Origin: Camelus ferus
Taxonomy: Eukaryota
Direction: 5' to 3'
DNA: 64,000 bases
Assembly (NCBI RefSeq): GCF_009834535.1
Contig: NC_045696.1
Location: forward strand, 99,450,001-99,514,000
Shown here one piece after another: positions 35,761 through 49,220 of this stretch (within the stretch, counting starts at the first letter, position 1; each line of letters opens with the position of its first letter). Under the pieces are notes generated by a model. That model did no database searches and was not told where the DNA came from. It saw nothing but the letters and a program-made list of their open reading frames with translations. Both the position numbers and the translations under genes were made by a program.

Positions 35761-38700
35761 TCTTTATAGAAAATCGCATTGTAAAAGAGAAAGAGATTTG
35801 AGTGTGGAACAGGACAGGACAAACGTGATGAATGTGGGAGTATGTTTAGTTCAGGCATCCTGGCTTTTCCAGATTATCAAAGAGGCCCTTGTGACTGTCA
35901 GCCCAATTTAATCTGCCATCTCTTTCTTTTAGAGAAGTTGCATATTTCTCATTAGAGTCAATGTGCATAATAAACTTGAAAGAGAGAGCACATGGGCAAG
36001 CACTTGAGTGGGAGGGGAGGCAAGAAGAGAGGGAGGGGAGGGAGACAGGTGAGGGAGGGGTGGGAATGGGAGGGGAGAAGGAAAGAAAAGCACAAGTCCA
36101 AAGATCTTGGCTGTGAAGAAGTACTTTTTGGAAGGTTTGTAGGGAGTGTTGCTAAGGCAGCTGGCGAGTCTGAATTCTATTTATTGGGCAAAAGAACTAA
36201 CTCTAGGGTATGACATATGGGCTGACCATCCATCCAGAGCTGTATGCTTTAGTACTGGGGTGCACACACCTCAAGATATGCTTTATCTCAGGGTGTAAGG
36301 GAGAGAGGGAAGAGTGTGGAAGCCAAGCATCTCCCCTTAATAGCCCTCTCTTTACTTCCGCCATCATCCCAGTGACCTAGTCCCCCAGCCACTCTGTATT
36401 TGGGATGTTCCCTCTCACACAGCTCTTGAGATTCATCTCAAACACTTTTCACCTGCATGAAAATAATATGGTAGCATGGAATGACTTGCTCACAGATCCA
36501 TATTATTTTGGAGATGGCCCTACAGGTAAATTCTTCCTCTTGGGTAGAATCAACCACCGATGGAACAAAGTAAATGCTAAACGGCTTGCTACAGTAGTGA
36601 GTTCCCCAGAATTTGCTGTTTCTTTAAAACCATGTGAACACGATATACGAAATGAAATCCAAAGGCTGAAGTCTCATCTCAATGGAATCTGTGGTTTTAG
36701 ACTCATGAAACTTGTTTAGGTGAAACTTGGGTTTCCCACAGCTGTGCTTGAAACTTCCCATGGCGAGGGTACTTACATCACTGCAGACAGCTTACTGAAC
36801 ACATCTGCTTAATTTATTGCTGTGGTCAGTTCTGTCAGCAGAGAAAAGCACTAAGATAAACCTATTAGACTACAGTTATATGACAACAACCCAAACAGTC
36901 ATTTTACAGGCTGATTCTCAAAACATGGAATAGAAACGTGCGGTGATGCTAAGTTTAACAAATCTTTAAGGGAAAGAATACTGAGAAAATATATTCTTAA
37001 AAAAAAATGACCCCTCACTATGGTCATTACTAGAATAATAGCAGTATCACCCTATCATGTCCCATATTTATAAAAAAAAAATTACGAAGGGCCTTCATAA
37101 AAAATTATGAAGTGTGATATGCAAGTGATTGTTAAATAGAATGAAAGCTAAATCATTGATTTAAAATTCATAGCACTATTGTTTAATAGAGCATTATAGA
37201 TTTGTTTTAGTCATGAATACCTAATATAAAATGTCATTTTGATATGGGTTATTTCAAACTCTGGAGCCAATAGATTAATTGTTATAAACAAGGTTTGGTC
37301 TTAGACGTTTTATGATTGCCACATGATGTTACAGCCTTGGATCTTTGAACAAGTCCCCTCACCTCCGTGAACCTCATTTTTCACATTTATTGAATAAGGG
37401 TGTGGACTGGTTTATCTCTGACTTTCTTCTCACCTATAAACTTGAATAATTGCGGTGGTCTTTGGGGACACAGGGCACACTGTCTGTTTTGGCTTTGTTG
37501 TAACCGACCAAAGAAAACAAAGCAACACAGAAGTTCTGAGTTTCTGAGGACATTTATAGCATGTGGTTCATCTAACACATATTTATGGGATTGCTACTGC
37601 CATAGTGCACTTCTAAGGGACATCTTTCCCCCCGTTTATGAAACTGGGGTTAGTTTCCCATGTGATGGTATGTCATAATTCAACCTTCAACCCCTTTTTT
37701 CCTTCCTTACAGGTATAAGTAGCTTAATTAACTATTGCCACATGGTTAGGCAATTTAGGTTGTTTCCAATTTCCCCATAAGGAAATCTCTTTTATATCTC
37801 TCTTCCTTCCCTCCTCCTCATTTGTATTAACTCCTTAGGATAAATTACCAGGAATAGAATTGCTTCTCAGAGATGTAAACATTTTGGGCGAAGGATAAGT
37901 GGGCTCTTAATTTCAAGTTAAACATTTTAGTGTTTTGACATCAAAATGATTATTTGTTCATGAAAAATGATAAAAAAACTGTGCCATTGTTTGGCTGGTA
38001 AGATTTAAAGTGGAGATACAGAAACATTTTATAACTACGTATGGAATTTTTATAAATAGTTTGAACTATTTACATTAACTATTGTGTTTAAGAGCTCCTA
38101 ATTAAAAATATAATTTTAGTTCTTAAAAAAGGAGGTAAAGGATATGGGGTTAACTTGTGAATATCTAGAACTAATAAAATAAAAGTGATCAAATGAGAAG
38201 GTAACATGATTTTTAGAAATGCTACTTAACCAAGGTCTGAGAATTATGGAAAATGGAGAAATGTCCAAAGAAATGTCCACTGCCAAAGAAACCTCAACTC
38301 TGAACAAGCCTGGAAAACAGTCTCTTGGAACTAATCCTAATTTTGCTAAGGGATCTAACAGATGATGTAAGAAGTCCTTTGCTTTCTGGGACACTATGAC
38401 AAAATGATGATTATTTTTTCCATTGTGATACATAAGGATTTAGAAACATTACTCATACCCATCACCTGCTCATTGATGAAAGATTAAAATCCTTATAAAC
38501 ATGCACATGTATGTGAACATCATACATTCCTCATAACTGCTTCTGATGTGAGTGTCCTTCTCTGATATAACCACCTCCAGAGCTTATGAACATTCTTTCC
38601 AGCCATTCCCATGGGGTCTGGTTACAAACATATCAGTTACCACTCTCAGCAGACAACAAAAGTGAATAAATAACCAGTTAATGCAACAGTTCAATTAAAA

Positions 38701-39484
38701 TTATTTTTTTCAAACTTACAAGTCAATTTGGCCATTAGGAAAGGGCTGCAGAGAGTAGATACTATTTTAAAAACAAAAAGTACTTAAATATCAAAGAGAT
38801 ATTGGTCATAGATCTTGTAGTACTTCCCCTTTAACATGATAAATTGTTTCATTTTTTATTAAAAACAGAAAAAAAGGTTATGGATTTAACATTTCCATAT
38901 ATATATATATTTGGCTACAGTGATATTGGTTCCCAAACCACGAAGATTTTTTTTTTTAAACAGAATTTCAGTATGATCAGTGTTATAAGAGAGAGAAACT
39001 AAGATAGCAAATTTCAGCAGGGAAAAGTGCCTGAACAAATACACCATGTAAAACATTATTGAGATAGGTAGGCTAAACAATAGAGAATTATAAATCGTCA
39101 TATTTCAAACAGCCTAATCTAGTGTGGTTGATTTAACCTTTAACAATTTACTATCAAAAATTGCATAATCAAACCCTAAAAGTAGAAACTTCCATGTAGT
39201 CCTAATTTGACTTAATGACAAGAAGTTCTGATGTGAACCACTTAGAGCTATTGTATATGACTCTGTAACTAACTAGGGAAATAGACTGTAGGTGGGGTAT
39301 CTCTAAATAGTGGGTGGACCTCAGGATGCTCCAGCATCTGGAACAAAACCTTGTGTACAAACCCTGCTCTCTTTCTGAGAGCTCATTCGCTACATTCAGT
39401 CACTATTCATGAGAGGTCCACATGTGTGTCACTCTAGCTCTGTGAAAGTCTTGATGGCATGTTTATTGTGTGATGAGGCTGTTG

Positions 39485-39795
39485 TGCTGGTATTTAGTGA
39501 TGTCTGCAGATAGTCTTAGTTGTCACAAGTGAGGGGAACCAAAGAATTATCCAGGATTACTATACATAAAATAGATAAGCAGCAAGAATTTACTGTACAG
39601 CACAGGGAACTATATTCAAAAATCTTGTAATAGCCTGTCATGAAAAATAACCTTAAAAAAATAGATCCCTGAATCACTTTACACCTGAAACTAACACAGT
39701 ATTATAAATCAACTCTACTTTAATTAAAAAAAAAAAAAAGAATTATCAAAGAGCAAATATCAACAGTTTGATATCAGCCATGGTTGAGAAACTCT
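39485..39795. mobile_element. MER20-like hAT DNA transposon split by an L1 insertion
   Basis: 'gatgtctgcagatagtcttagttgtcacaagtgagggg...aaagaattatcc' and 'caaatatcaacag...ggttgagaaactct' match MER20 segments. Confidence 0.75.
39554..39736 (+). mobile_element. L1 3' UTR insertion with poly(A)
   Basis: 'tatacataaaatagataagc...cacagggaactatattcaa...cacctgaaactaacac...' + A-tail; TSD aaagaattatc at 39541-39551 and 39737-39747. Confidence 0.9.
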
Positions 39796-42759
39796 ACTTT
39801 ACAACGAGAACCACTTGTGCATCTGGGGTTAGGGTTTGCTTCTTCTGAAGCATATGACTGTTTATGGATGGGGTGGATGTTTCAGCAAAACTAGAGTTCT
39901 GTTAAGAAGGAATAAAAATGGGAAGAATGTTGGATTTACAACCAGCAGTGTCACTACTCCCCACCCAGGTTGTTCTCTTTCTGTTCTTCGCCAGTTTATC
40001 TTTAAGACATCTTCTCTGAATATAGTCCCCTCTTCCCAATTCCTTCCCCCTGCCTGGACTGCACATTTCCTATGCTCTGAAATGTGTACTATCTCATATT
40101 ATTACACCTCCCGTTGGATTTTGATTATTGATTTTTTTGAAGAGAATTTTTATTCAATCCAGTGAAATTTTGTAAATACACATAGAATCAGAACTGCCCT
40201 TAAGAAATCAACATTTGTCTTTCTTTTACAAATGCAATCATGATTTTATTTTTTCCCAAGCTAATATTAAAGTTATATTTGAGAAATATAATTCTCTGAG
40301 CATTACATGGGAATAGTTCCCCTTCTTTATAAAAGCAACCTACAGAACCACAGGAATGTTGGAGGAAATGCTTTGGGATCTCTCCACTTTGTGAAATTAT
40401 CACATATGGGAGTAAAATTAAAATTCAAAGATTTAACATATAACTTACGGAAAAGGGTATGTATTGAAAAAGTTGAAAGCATATTTTTCTATATATTCCA
40501 CTATTAGAATCACCAAATTTATAGGTTTTTTTTTTATAGTTGTACACTTTATTTAAAAACAAATAATACACCTAGAGTCACCAAAAAGGTGACTGAATTT
40601 ACAAAAGAAACTTCTTGCAGCACAGAAATTAGCATTAGGATTAATTTACACTAACTGATATTTTACCTAAATTTTAAAATACTTGAAATCACACCGTCTG
40701 GCCCAAGGTTCACCAGTTAGAGGGGTGGAAGTTTGTGGAGAAAAGGAGTCATTTAGGAATCCGGACGGATGATGCCCTGAGGTCAGCTCCAGTAAACTGA
40801 AGTTGAGAAGATGTAAAGTAACCAATAGATTACAGGATTATGAAGAAGTGGTTCCTCCCCAAACAGGTATTAGGTCATATAGCTGGGATAGGTGTAGGGG
40901 ATGTCTCTTAATCTGGATTGGAAAAAAACTATGTGGAGAAGCGGGTTGTATTTGTTTCTCGCAAGAGGCAAACTTCAGCCACACAACGAGACAAAAGTAG
41001 GGAGGGTTGTATGTGGTAGACTGAAGACTTCCTGATGGCTGATAGTATCAAATCAGGGAAGTTCTGGAATTTATTTGCATAATTGATTTCACACTGTTTA
41101 ACATTTCCTTTGTCTTCTTCTGAAATGTCATCTTTTTTCTCAGTTTCTCTTTCAGCACAGAATCTAATCTTTATCATTTCTTCTTCTGCTGTTTTACTTT
41201 TTGCTTCTATATTGCCTGCTTCGCTGCATCTCATAAAGCAGCTATTTGAGGCCAGAAAAGCCTTTTTCCTATCCTGAAAGACTGGTTCCCATGTTAGGAA
41301 CTTTGTGACTGATAATCAGTATGAAGATGTTTTGAAATTAAATTGATGCTAAAGAAAAGCTGTGTTTATACAATTGATAAAAACAGTCACCTCTATTAAC
41401 ATTAAAACATAGAGGTACATATTACCAAGTTAAGAAACCATATAGGGCAGCTTTAAACAGTATTCTGGGGCTTTTTTTTTTTTTTTTTTTTCCATCTTCT
41501 TTTTTGACCTCTTCTTTTTTGGCTATTTCTTTTCCAGTTTCAGGCTTGCTTTCATCTTCCTGTCCCTCTTCTCCATGTTTCCCATCTCCTTTTCCATTTT
41601 CTTCCTCTTTTCCTTCCAAACCTTTCACTAATATGTAATATCTTTAGATGGTTGGGAGTGTATCCTTTTCTGTCGAAAGGTCCATTAAGAAGCAGAGTGC
41701 ATACTGAACAGTATGTGAGCACTAAGTCACTGCTTGCTGAAGAAGGTGCCTCATATCCCTAAATTTATCTCCTTGTGACCTACACCTCTGGGAGTTTCTG
41801 AAGTTCCAGAAGTCTAGCTTTGGGACCTAGAACCTGACACAAAGCGTGAAGGTTGCCTAATTCTAGACTTGCCCTCTGCTTTCCACCACAGCTCCCCAGA
41901 TGGCTTCTAACCATGTTGACCCTTCTGCACTGAGCATATGGGGGCACTGTAGCCACTACCATGATGAAAATATCCTGAGATGTCAGTGTTATCTCTACCG
42001 AGGGAATGTGTCTTTGATTTTTGGTGTTCTTTCTTCATGAGAAAGGGTAAAGCAGAAGAAATGTTCACAAGAATCAATACTAAAGGGTTAACCTGTAAGA
42101 ATTTTATGAGAACTCTGGACTTTTGCCAAATTCCTCTTTAATAGTTACCAATTGGTCAGGGCTGGGGGGGAGGTGGGGGGAGAGAATATTTTGACACTCA
42201 GTAGGTACTTCAATTACATCCTGAAAGAAACAATTGCTATTCTTTGTTGAAGTAATGAAAACAGCATTTTGATTTGAAATTCATCTGGTAACAATGTAAA
42301 TAGCCGTGTTTCATGTTCTTGCACAGAAGCTTTGCTTTTGAAAACAATTAACAATATCAAAGTGTATGTTTTCTTTCAAAATCAGAGGGTTTATAATGAA
42401 TTTGTATTCATATAACTTTTATTTCGTATCAGAAAGTGGAATATATTCTCATTAAAACAGCAGGAGAAAAAATGAAGACATCTCAATTTAATTAAGGTGA
42501 TATTGTTAGAAATTCATATGACCTCTTCAATAAAAAGTCTGCATTCAGGGGTCTGTAAGCTGATGGTAAAGTCTTCTTAGGCAGAAAGTTTTCATAAAGA
42601 CACAAACCAATGCAGCATATTTGTGAGAGAAAATATTAAAGTTAAAAGAAAGGAAATATACGTAAAACTTAATTTGAGGGCATTATTTAAAATTGCTTTC
42701 TGTATGGGTGGCACACTTAACACTCTTTGAAAGAATGCATTTTAGATTCTTCAGGTCAA

Positions 42760-43640
42760 ATACCACTGGCTTTCGTAAGCACCACAGGGTCTTTAATCTG
42801 TTCGCTTTTCCCCATCTCCATCATGATAATTTTGCTTACAGCGCTCCCTTCCTGGCGAGCTCCTGAAATAGTCTGCTGACTGTTCACCCTTCCTCCATTC
42901 TTATTCTCCATGCAAGCCCTCCACCAGATAAGACATGGAATTGAGAATGTCACTCATTTTCTTGAAAACCTTCAATGATTTTTCATGGCACTGACTACAA
43001 TTCAAAATCTTGAATCCCATCCACCATGACCCTGATGATTTATCCACTTTTCCTGCTTCTCATACTCTTTCTTAGGAGGGTCCTTGAGTCCCCCAGTTCT
43101 AACAGCTGAACCCCGGGTATGGCCACAAGCCTCACTTCCAAAAGCTCTCCTAGTCTTACTCCTCTCTCTCCACTCACTGTACTTCCACCATGCTGGCTTT
43201 CGATTATTTGTTGCCTAAATATAGCAAGCTCGTTTTCACATTACGGTCATTAGCTTGCTCTTTCCTCTGCCTGGAATCCTCTTCCCTCAGGTCTTTACTT
43301 GGCTGGCCCATCCTTGTCAGTCAAAACCCAGTTCAGCTATCACCTCTTTAGAGGAGCTTTTAATGCCAGAAAATCTAAAGGCATCCTTCTCCTAACCCCA
43401 GTTACTCTCTATGACATGTTACAGTATTGTTTCTTTTTTTTTTTTTTTTAATGTACTTGTCCCTATCCTAAAATCACCACCTCCCTCCTCTTCCCCTCTT
43501 CCCCACACTTCTTTCTTTTGTTTATCATTTCCTCCACTGGAATGTGAGCTTCATTAAGAGAAACCTTTTTTTATTGCCCCAATACCTAGAATGGAGCTTG
43601 GCAGATAATTGGTGCTTATTGGTTTTGAATCTTGAAAAAA
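42760..43640 (+). mobile_element. LINE-2 3' region
   Basis: 'tgtcactcattttcttgaaaaccttcaatga', 'tttcctctgcctggaatcctcttccctcag', 'ccactggaatgtgagcttc...atacctagaatggagcttggcagata'. Confidence 0.8.
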
Positions 43641-44509
43641 TAACGATTCTCTTTGAATAGGAATTCATACAAACAGATTCTGATTCTTCACTATAGAAGA
43701 GCCTTCTGCCAGCTTTTCACCCGCCTAACTCTTGCTAATTTTTAATGTGTTTCCTGAGAGACACCTAGTCTGATTTTCACGATCATTCGCTATTGCCTTT
43801 ATTGCGCTTCATAGCACCTATCAAAATTTGTATTTGTTTATAAACTGTTTCAAGAAGTCATACACACACACGTATGTGCATCTATAGAAGGTATGCTGTA
43901 AATACTAAATATGTAAATTCATGGGTGAAAAATATATGAGGTATTGATGGAAGAACTTGGGCTTTTTTCTTCTCCTGTAATTGCTCAGGATAAACCAGGT
44001 TATAGAGTTCGTCCTATCCAAAGTAGATGTAATTTCACTTTATGGTGATTAATACTGTAAAAAAAAAAATCCCATTAATAAACAAAGGTATCTGACTGAG
44101 GACATTGCCTAATTTAAGAATACATTGAATCAGTATTTCCCTTGCTGTTAAAAAAGATCAACTATGTATTGATATTTTCATAGAATAGAAATGAAAAGAA
44201 TTTGAGTAGCCAGCCTTAAGGCTTTACATCTTATTAACATTCCTATATATCTCATTTTAGGTTAAGCCAAGCAAATAGTGATACATTTTTTAAATAATTT
44301 AAGAATTGATACAGCAAGATACCATTATGAATCAGTTAAAGCATACATTAGATAAAATTTACTTAAGACCATAATTAATGAAAGATCTCAGATAAACCAT
44401 GAACTTTTTAAAGATGATTTTCAGGATAACTTTAAGGATGAAGCATTGGAAAAGTTACTACTTTTCTGTTTAACCCTCTGATGACAGGCTCTCTGAGACA
44501 CTGTGTAGA

Positions 44510-44755
44510 AGACGGCTGTGGGTGCTGTAGAAGCCGTAAAGGACTTGGAGGCAGAAGGTCTGGGGCAGGTCCTGGCTATAGCACTGTACTGGCTGTGTGA
44601 TTTAAGGCATCTTTCTCTTCCTCTGCTTGAGCTCCAGTTTCCTCACCTGTAACTGGGCATGATAAAATGCCTATGGGTTGCTGGTGAGAGTTAACAAGAT
44701 CATGTATGTGAAACAAAGTTTGTTAACTGTGAAGAGTATACGAATGCTAGTCATA
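44510..44755 (+). mobile_element. MIR
   Basis: 'ggacttggaggcagaaggtctggg...ctggctgtgtga...cagtttcctcacctgtaa'. Confidence 0.8.
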
Positions 44756-47700
44756 GAATTATTTGGAAAATGTTTTCAGTGTCACTTCAAAGGTCTCCAT
44801 CTAGTCAGGAAGAGACTGTGCTAGGGGTGAAATCATTTATAGACACTGAGGCTTCATAAGTGCAATAAAATTCACCATTAGCCTTGAGCACAGAACTGCT
44901 GCTGGAAGGACAGAAAGCAGACGCCACAAGCAAAGGGACAGTATCACTGACCTGTGCATCAATGGAAGCTCAAGCCTGTGGACCAAACCATTACCCCTCC
45001 TCGACTCAGGCTCTCCACATACAGACCAGTGCACAGCCGTCTGCCACTGTCTTCCCTCTGACACCATAAGCTTGGCTATTCATGGCTTTAGAAATATCAA
45101 ATGGCTTATAATAATATACGGTGGTTTAGATGGTTACAGTTGTTGGTCAGTTTAAGATATCAAGAAAGTCAACCCCTCTTAGAAAGAAAGACACAGTTCA
45201 GAATTGGGATTGGCATATACCAAATAGGGGAACTGTTACTCATCCAGGAAAATCCTAAGTTCTTATTAGGTTGGGTTCTTTCTGACATTCTCATCACTAA
45301 ATCTTCTGTCAATCAGCATCCACCTTTGCTAGTCTCAGACACCCTGGAGTGGATGTAGATCAGGGAGATGTCTGAAGGAGCAAAAATTCATTCCAACTTT
45401 TCAGGACATGATTTGACCATACTATGCATTTTATACCCTGACAAAAGGCATTCACTGAGGTCACTTCCCATATGGTGTGATGGGACAATCTTGTGATATT
45501 AAGGAATGTGAGAATGTCCAGATAGGAGAGGCACAGCAACCAGAATTGTCACAAAGGTAAATTTTTTTTCCTTCCTCCTGAGGATCACATTAGCACCAGC
45601 TATTAATAATAGAGACCACTGCACGAATTGGTTGGAATGATTTTTTTTTTATTCCATCATAATGAAAAATAATCCATTCCATGATCTGCCCTTCTGAAAA
45701 GTACTTAATGCTTATATTTTCCAAGAAATGAGATAATGTGATTCAACCTATTATATATCCTGGACATAAATTCAAAGTTGATTAATATCATTGGAATTGG
45801 GCCTTGATCAAAATTCTGGATCTTAATATGATACAGTGTATTCTTGCAGAATTTCTTTCATGATGAGCACTAAAGAGATTAATCCTAAAGTTTTCTGACT
45901 TCTCAGAGCCTTGCAGTCATATTTATTTAGTCAAACTTATGGCCTAAAATTTTACAATTTTATTATTACATTTTTCTCTTTCCATTCTCATCTATTTATA
46001 ATCACCTTGCATATTTCTGAGGGTTTTTCTTCAGTGCATATGTTCAGTGATAACTCATGCATATTTCACTTAATAGGATTAATTATCAGCCTTCCACTAA
46101 TTATAATTAAAGTCTCCTCAGGTAATTGTGCAAGTTAACTTTGGCAATTCACACACACAGAAGAGTATTTTGTAGAATAATAGGGCATTGTGCTGAAAAA
46201 TACAGTAAAGAGCATGAAAGGAACACAGAATAAAAGAATTCAGAGTTCTAATATATTAAGCTTTTCTTATGTGTGTTGCTGTATACCTAATTGCAAATTG
46301 TGCTACTAAATATATTATACCATCTAAATATAGTAATGATCCCTTAATGCAAACCTTATGACAGTAGGCATTTCTACTAAAAATTACTTCTAAAACATAT
46401 AACTATTTCTCTCCTTTCTTAATAGATATTAGTATTCTAAGTTCTCATTAAATAGCTTATGCTTTAGAAGATAAATGCCCTCAAAATTGGTAATTTATAT
46501 GCAAAACAAATGAAAAAGCCTTTCCTCAAAGCGTCTATCTCCGAATGTACAAATTAAGGCTTGCTCCGTTTGTGAAGCTTATTTTTTAACTTTTATTTAT
46601 ACCTAATGGTTAGTTTATATGTTACGACATTAAGAAGTCAATGTTTTGAAGATGCCATATGACATCGAAATGGCCATCTTTTGAAATTATGGGATGCTTC
46701 ATTGCAGAGTCAGACTCTAATCTGCAACCAATTTGTGTCAGCTTTCTGCATAGAAAAGATGGCAAATCCTCTCTTAAACCGGGAATCAGCTGAAGGTTTG
46801 TCTTGGTTTCATGAGCCCAATGCAATTAGGCAGCACGTGAATGTGGGCCACATGCATTTATTGCTCTTCCTAGCATGTGTTACTTTGATGTGTTAGGTCG
46901 GAAGGCTCACTCTTTTCTGGGCAGCCTTCCTCCTGGGTCTTTATACTGCTTAGCAGTTGAGTCCAGACTTTGAAACACAGCCTAATTTAGAGGCGGATGC
47001 TGCAGCTGCTGCTGTCATTTCAGATGATTTTTTTTTTTTTTTTTTTGCTTTGATGTCAGCTTAGAATCTTGGGTGTAGTATCAGTAAAGCAGTGTCTGCG
47101 ATTCACGAAACAGAAAGCACACCATTTATGCCTTTGTTTTAGCTTTTAAATTGAATTTCAACACCTCCTAAATGATCAAAAAATTGTGGCTGAGCAAAAA
47201 TATCTGGAATTCTGCATATTATTAATTGGAAGAAACATGAATAAAGACTATGTAGCTCCATTGGTATTAATTTAATCAGAATCGCTCAATATCTGATAAA
47301 CATTGATGATAAAATATGTGAGATGTAAATAAAGCTGCCTCTTGTCTCTTCATCTTGTTCACTCTGTGTCTAATCAATGTGGCATGGAGGTTTTCCTTCC
47401 AAATGTTTGTCTGACTCACCTTTAAAGCATTTTGTATTAATTATTGTTATTTTGTCATTTTTCAACTATATGCTTTACCTTAGCAGAAAGGCTACCAAGT
47501 CCTTTGGGGTTCAGACCAGTAGTTGAATCCATTTATCTTCATTTTCACTAATCAGAATCCCTAAGTCTGAGAAACTGTAAATCCACTGGCTTTCTAAATT
47601 AAAAATAACTTCAACATCTCTGAATCATGTGACTTGATACAAAGAGTAGGTTTAAAGCCTAAAAGAGGTGGAGATTCGGGAGTTTGAAGGTCATGAACCT

Positions 47701-48991
47701 GTAGGACCATCTGGATGGGTTTCCTCCGCTGATGCAAGACCAAAGAGGCATGGAGGATTCCTTTCTATGCTTTCCCTGTTAACAAGAAACACTTCTCACT
47801 GAGGATCTCAGAACAGCACCTGCCGATGTGTATGCAGGCTTGTTTTTTTTTAATAGGATGAAAAGAGGAAAACTGTTCCTGTTTGGGAGCAAGAAGAGAA
47901 AATACAGGCATTTCTTTGTCTGATATCATTTCACTTACATTTACAGAGAAGAGCTAACAGCGACTTTATTGTGGTATATTGACAATAAGGAGAGTCTAAA
48001 TTCTAGTTGCCTGAGCAAATTTTGTGAAGATCTCTCCCTTTTTCCCCTTCTGTCTAGAAATTGTTATGATAGTGTATACTAGGGAAAGTTCAGAATAGAT
48101 CCATGATAATTTCCTCTGAGAGCAAAACCTCTTTTATTGTTGATAATAATGGACCAAATTTTTCAATTGAGTGAAACTTCATCCTGTCCTTATTTTAACA
48201 TAAAATGTTGGCAATAACCTAAATGTCCTAAAAGAGAATTGGTTAAGGAAGCATTGCACAGCCATTCAGTGGAATACTATGCAGTCATTCAAAATGGTTA
48301 TAAAGAGCCTTGAATAATGTTGCCCAACTACAGAGGAAGATATAATATCAAACTTAGATGAGATAATAAAGGAAACATAATGATGACAGTGGTTCTCTTT
48401 GATTATTTGGAATACAGAGTTTTTCTACTTTCCTGTATGTTCAAAGCATACTTATATAGACCAATGATTTATAACTTCCATAAAGTAATATAAAATTATT
48501 TAAAATATCTATAAATGTCCCATTATACACAGGGTATTATACTCCTATAGATGGAATTTGTTCACTAGCTGTGTTTTTACTTTGAAAAAATTAAATTCAA
48601 TTTCATTTAAGTCCTTAGATTCAGCATGGGCATGAAAAGTTCTTATTTTCTTTTTCTCCTACTATTTTTGGACATTTCTCCAGATAACAGAATTTTAACT
48701 TGCACATTTTTACTTTGATGATGCCAAGTATTCTGGTACTATACAGAAGTATTGTGATATGACTTCATTTTCTTATATTTTAAAAATTGTATTGATTTTA
48801 TAAGGATGACTGAATTTGACAATAAGAGCAATGACCTCTTGATTTTCCTGAAAAAAAATTACTATAAATTATTATTTTAAATTGTTTATTATAAAATTCT
48901 TTTAAATAATAAATAATAAGAAATTACAGCTAAATAGCAATACTAAAGCCATACAAGTTTATCCTGAATTCAGGCTAAATTTAAATGCGCC

Positions 48992-49220
48992 TGCATTGTT
49001 CCACAGGGTAGCCAGAAAACACATGTGACCAGTTAAATTTAAATTAATTAAAATTACATAAAATTAAAAATTCAGTTCTTTAGTCACACCAGCCCCATTT
49101 CAAGGGCTAAATAGCCACATGTGGCTAGTGGCTGTAGTACTGGACAGTGGGTATAGAACACCACCAACATCATCATAAAATAAAATCCATCATCACAAAA
49201 ACTTCTACTGGAAAGAGCTG
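48992..49220. mobile_element. MER3-like hAT-Charlie DNA transposon
   Basis: 'taaatttaaattaattaaaatt...aaaattcagttctttagtcacaccagcc...aatagccacatgtggctagtggct...ctggacag'. Confidence 0.85.

Noticed and set aside
36405..36719. 104-aa ORF in unique sequence
   Set aside because: No known domain, promoter or exon-boundary support
37690..37720. Strong polypyrimidine tract + CAG followed by GTATAA
   Set aside because: Weak donor, sits among old L1-like remnants, and no downstream exon evident
38257..38279. Short tandem duplication agaaatgtcca x2 (similar: tgttccctc x2 at 50910-50927)
   Set aside because: Ordinary slippage-type micro-duplications
40929..41628. Lys/Glu-rich minus-strand ORFs
   Set aside because: Explained by pyrimidine-rich low-complexity + strand sequence
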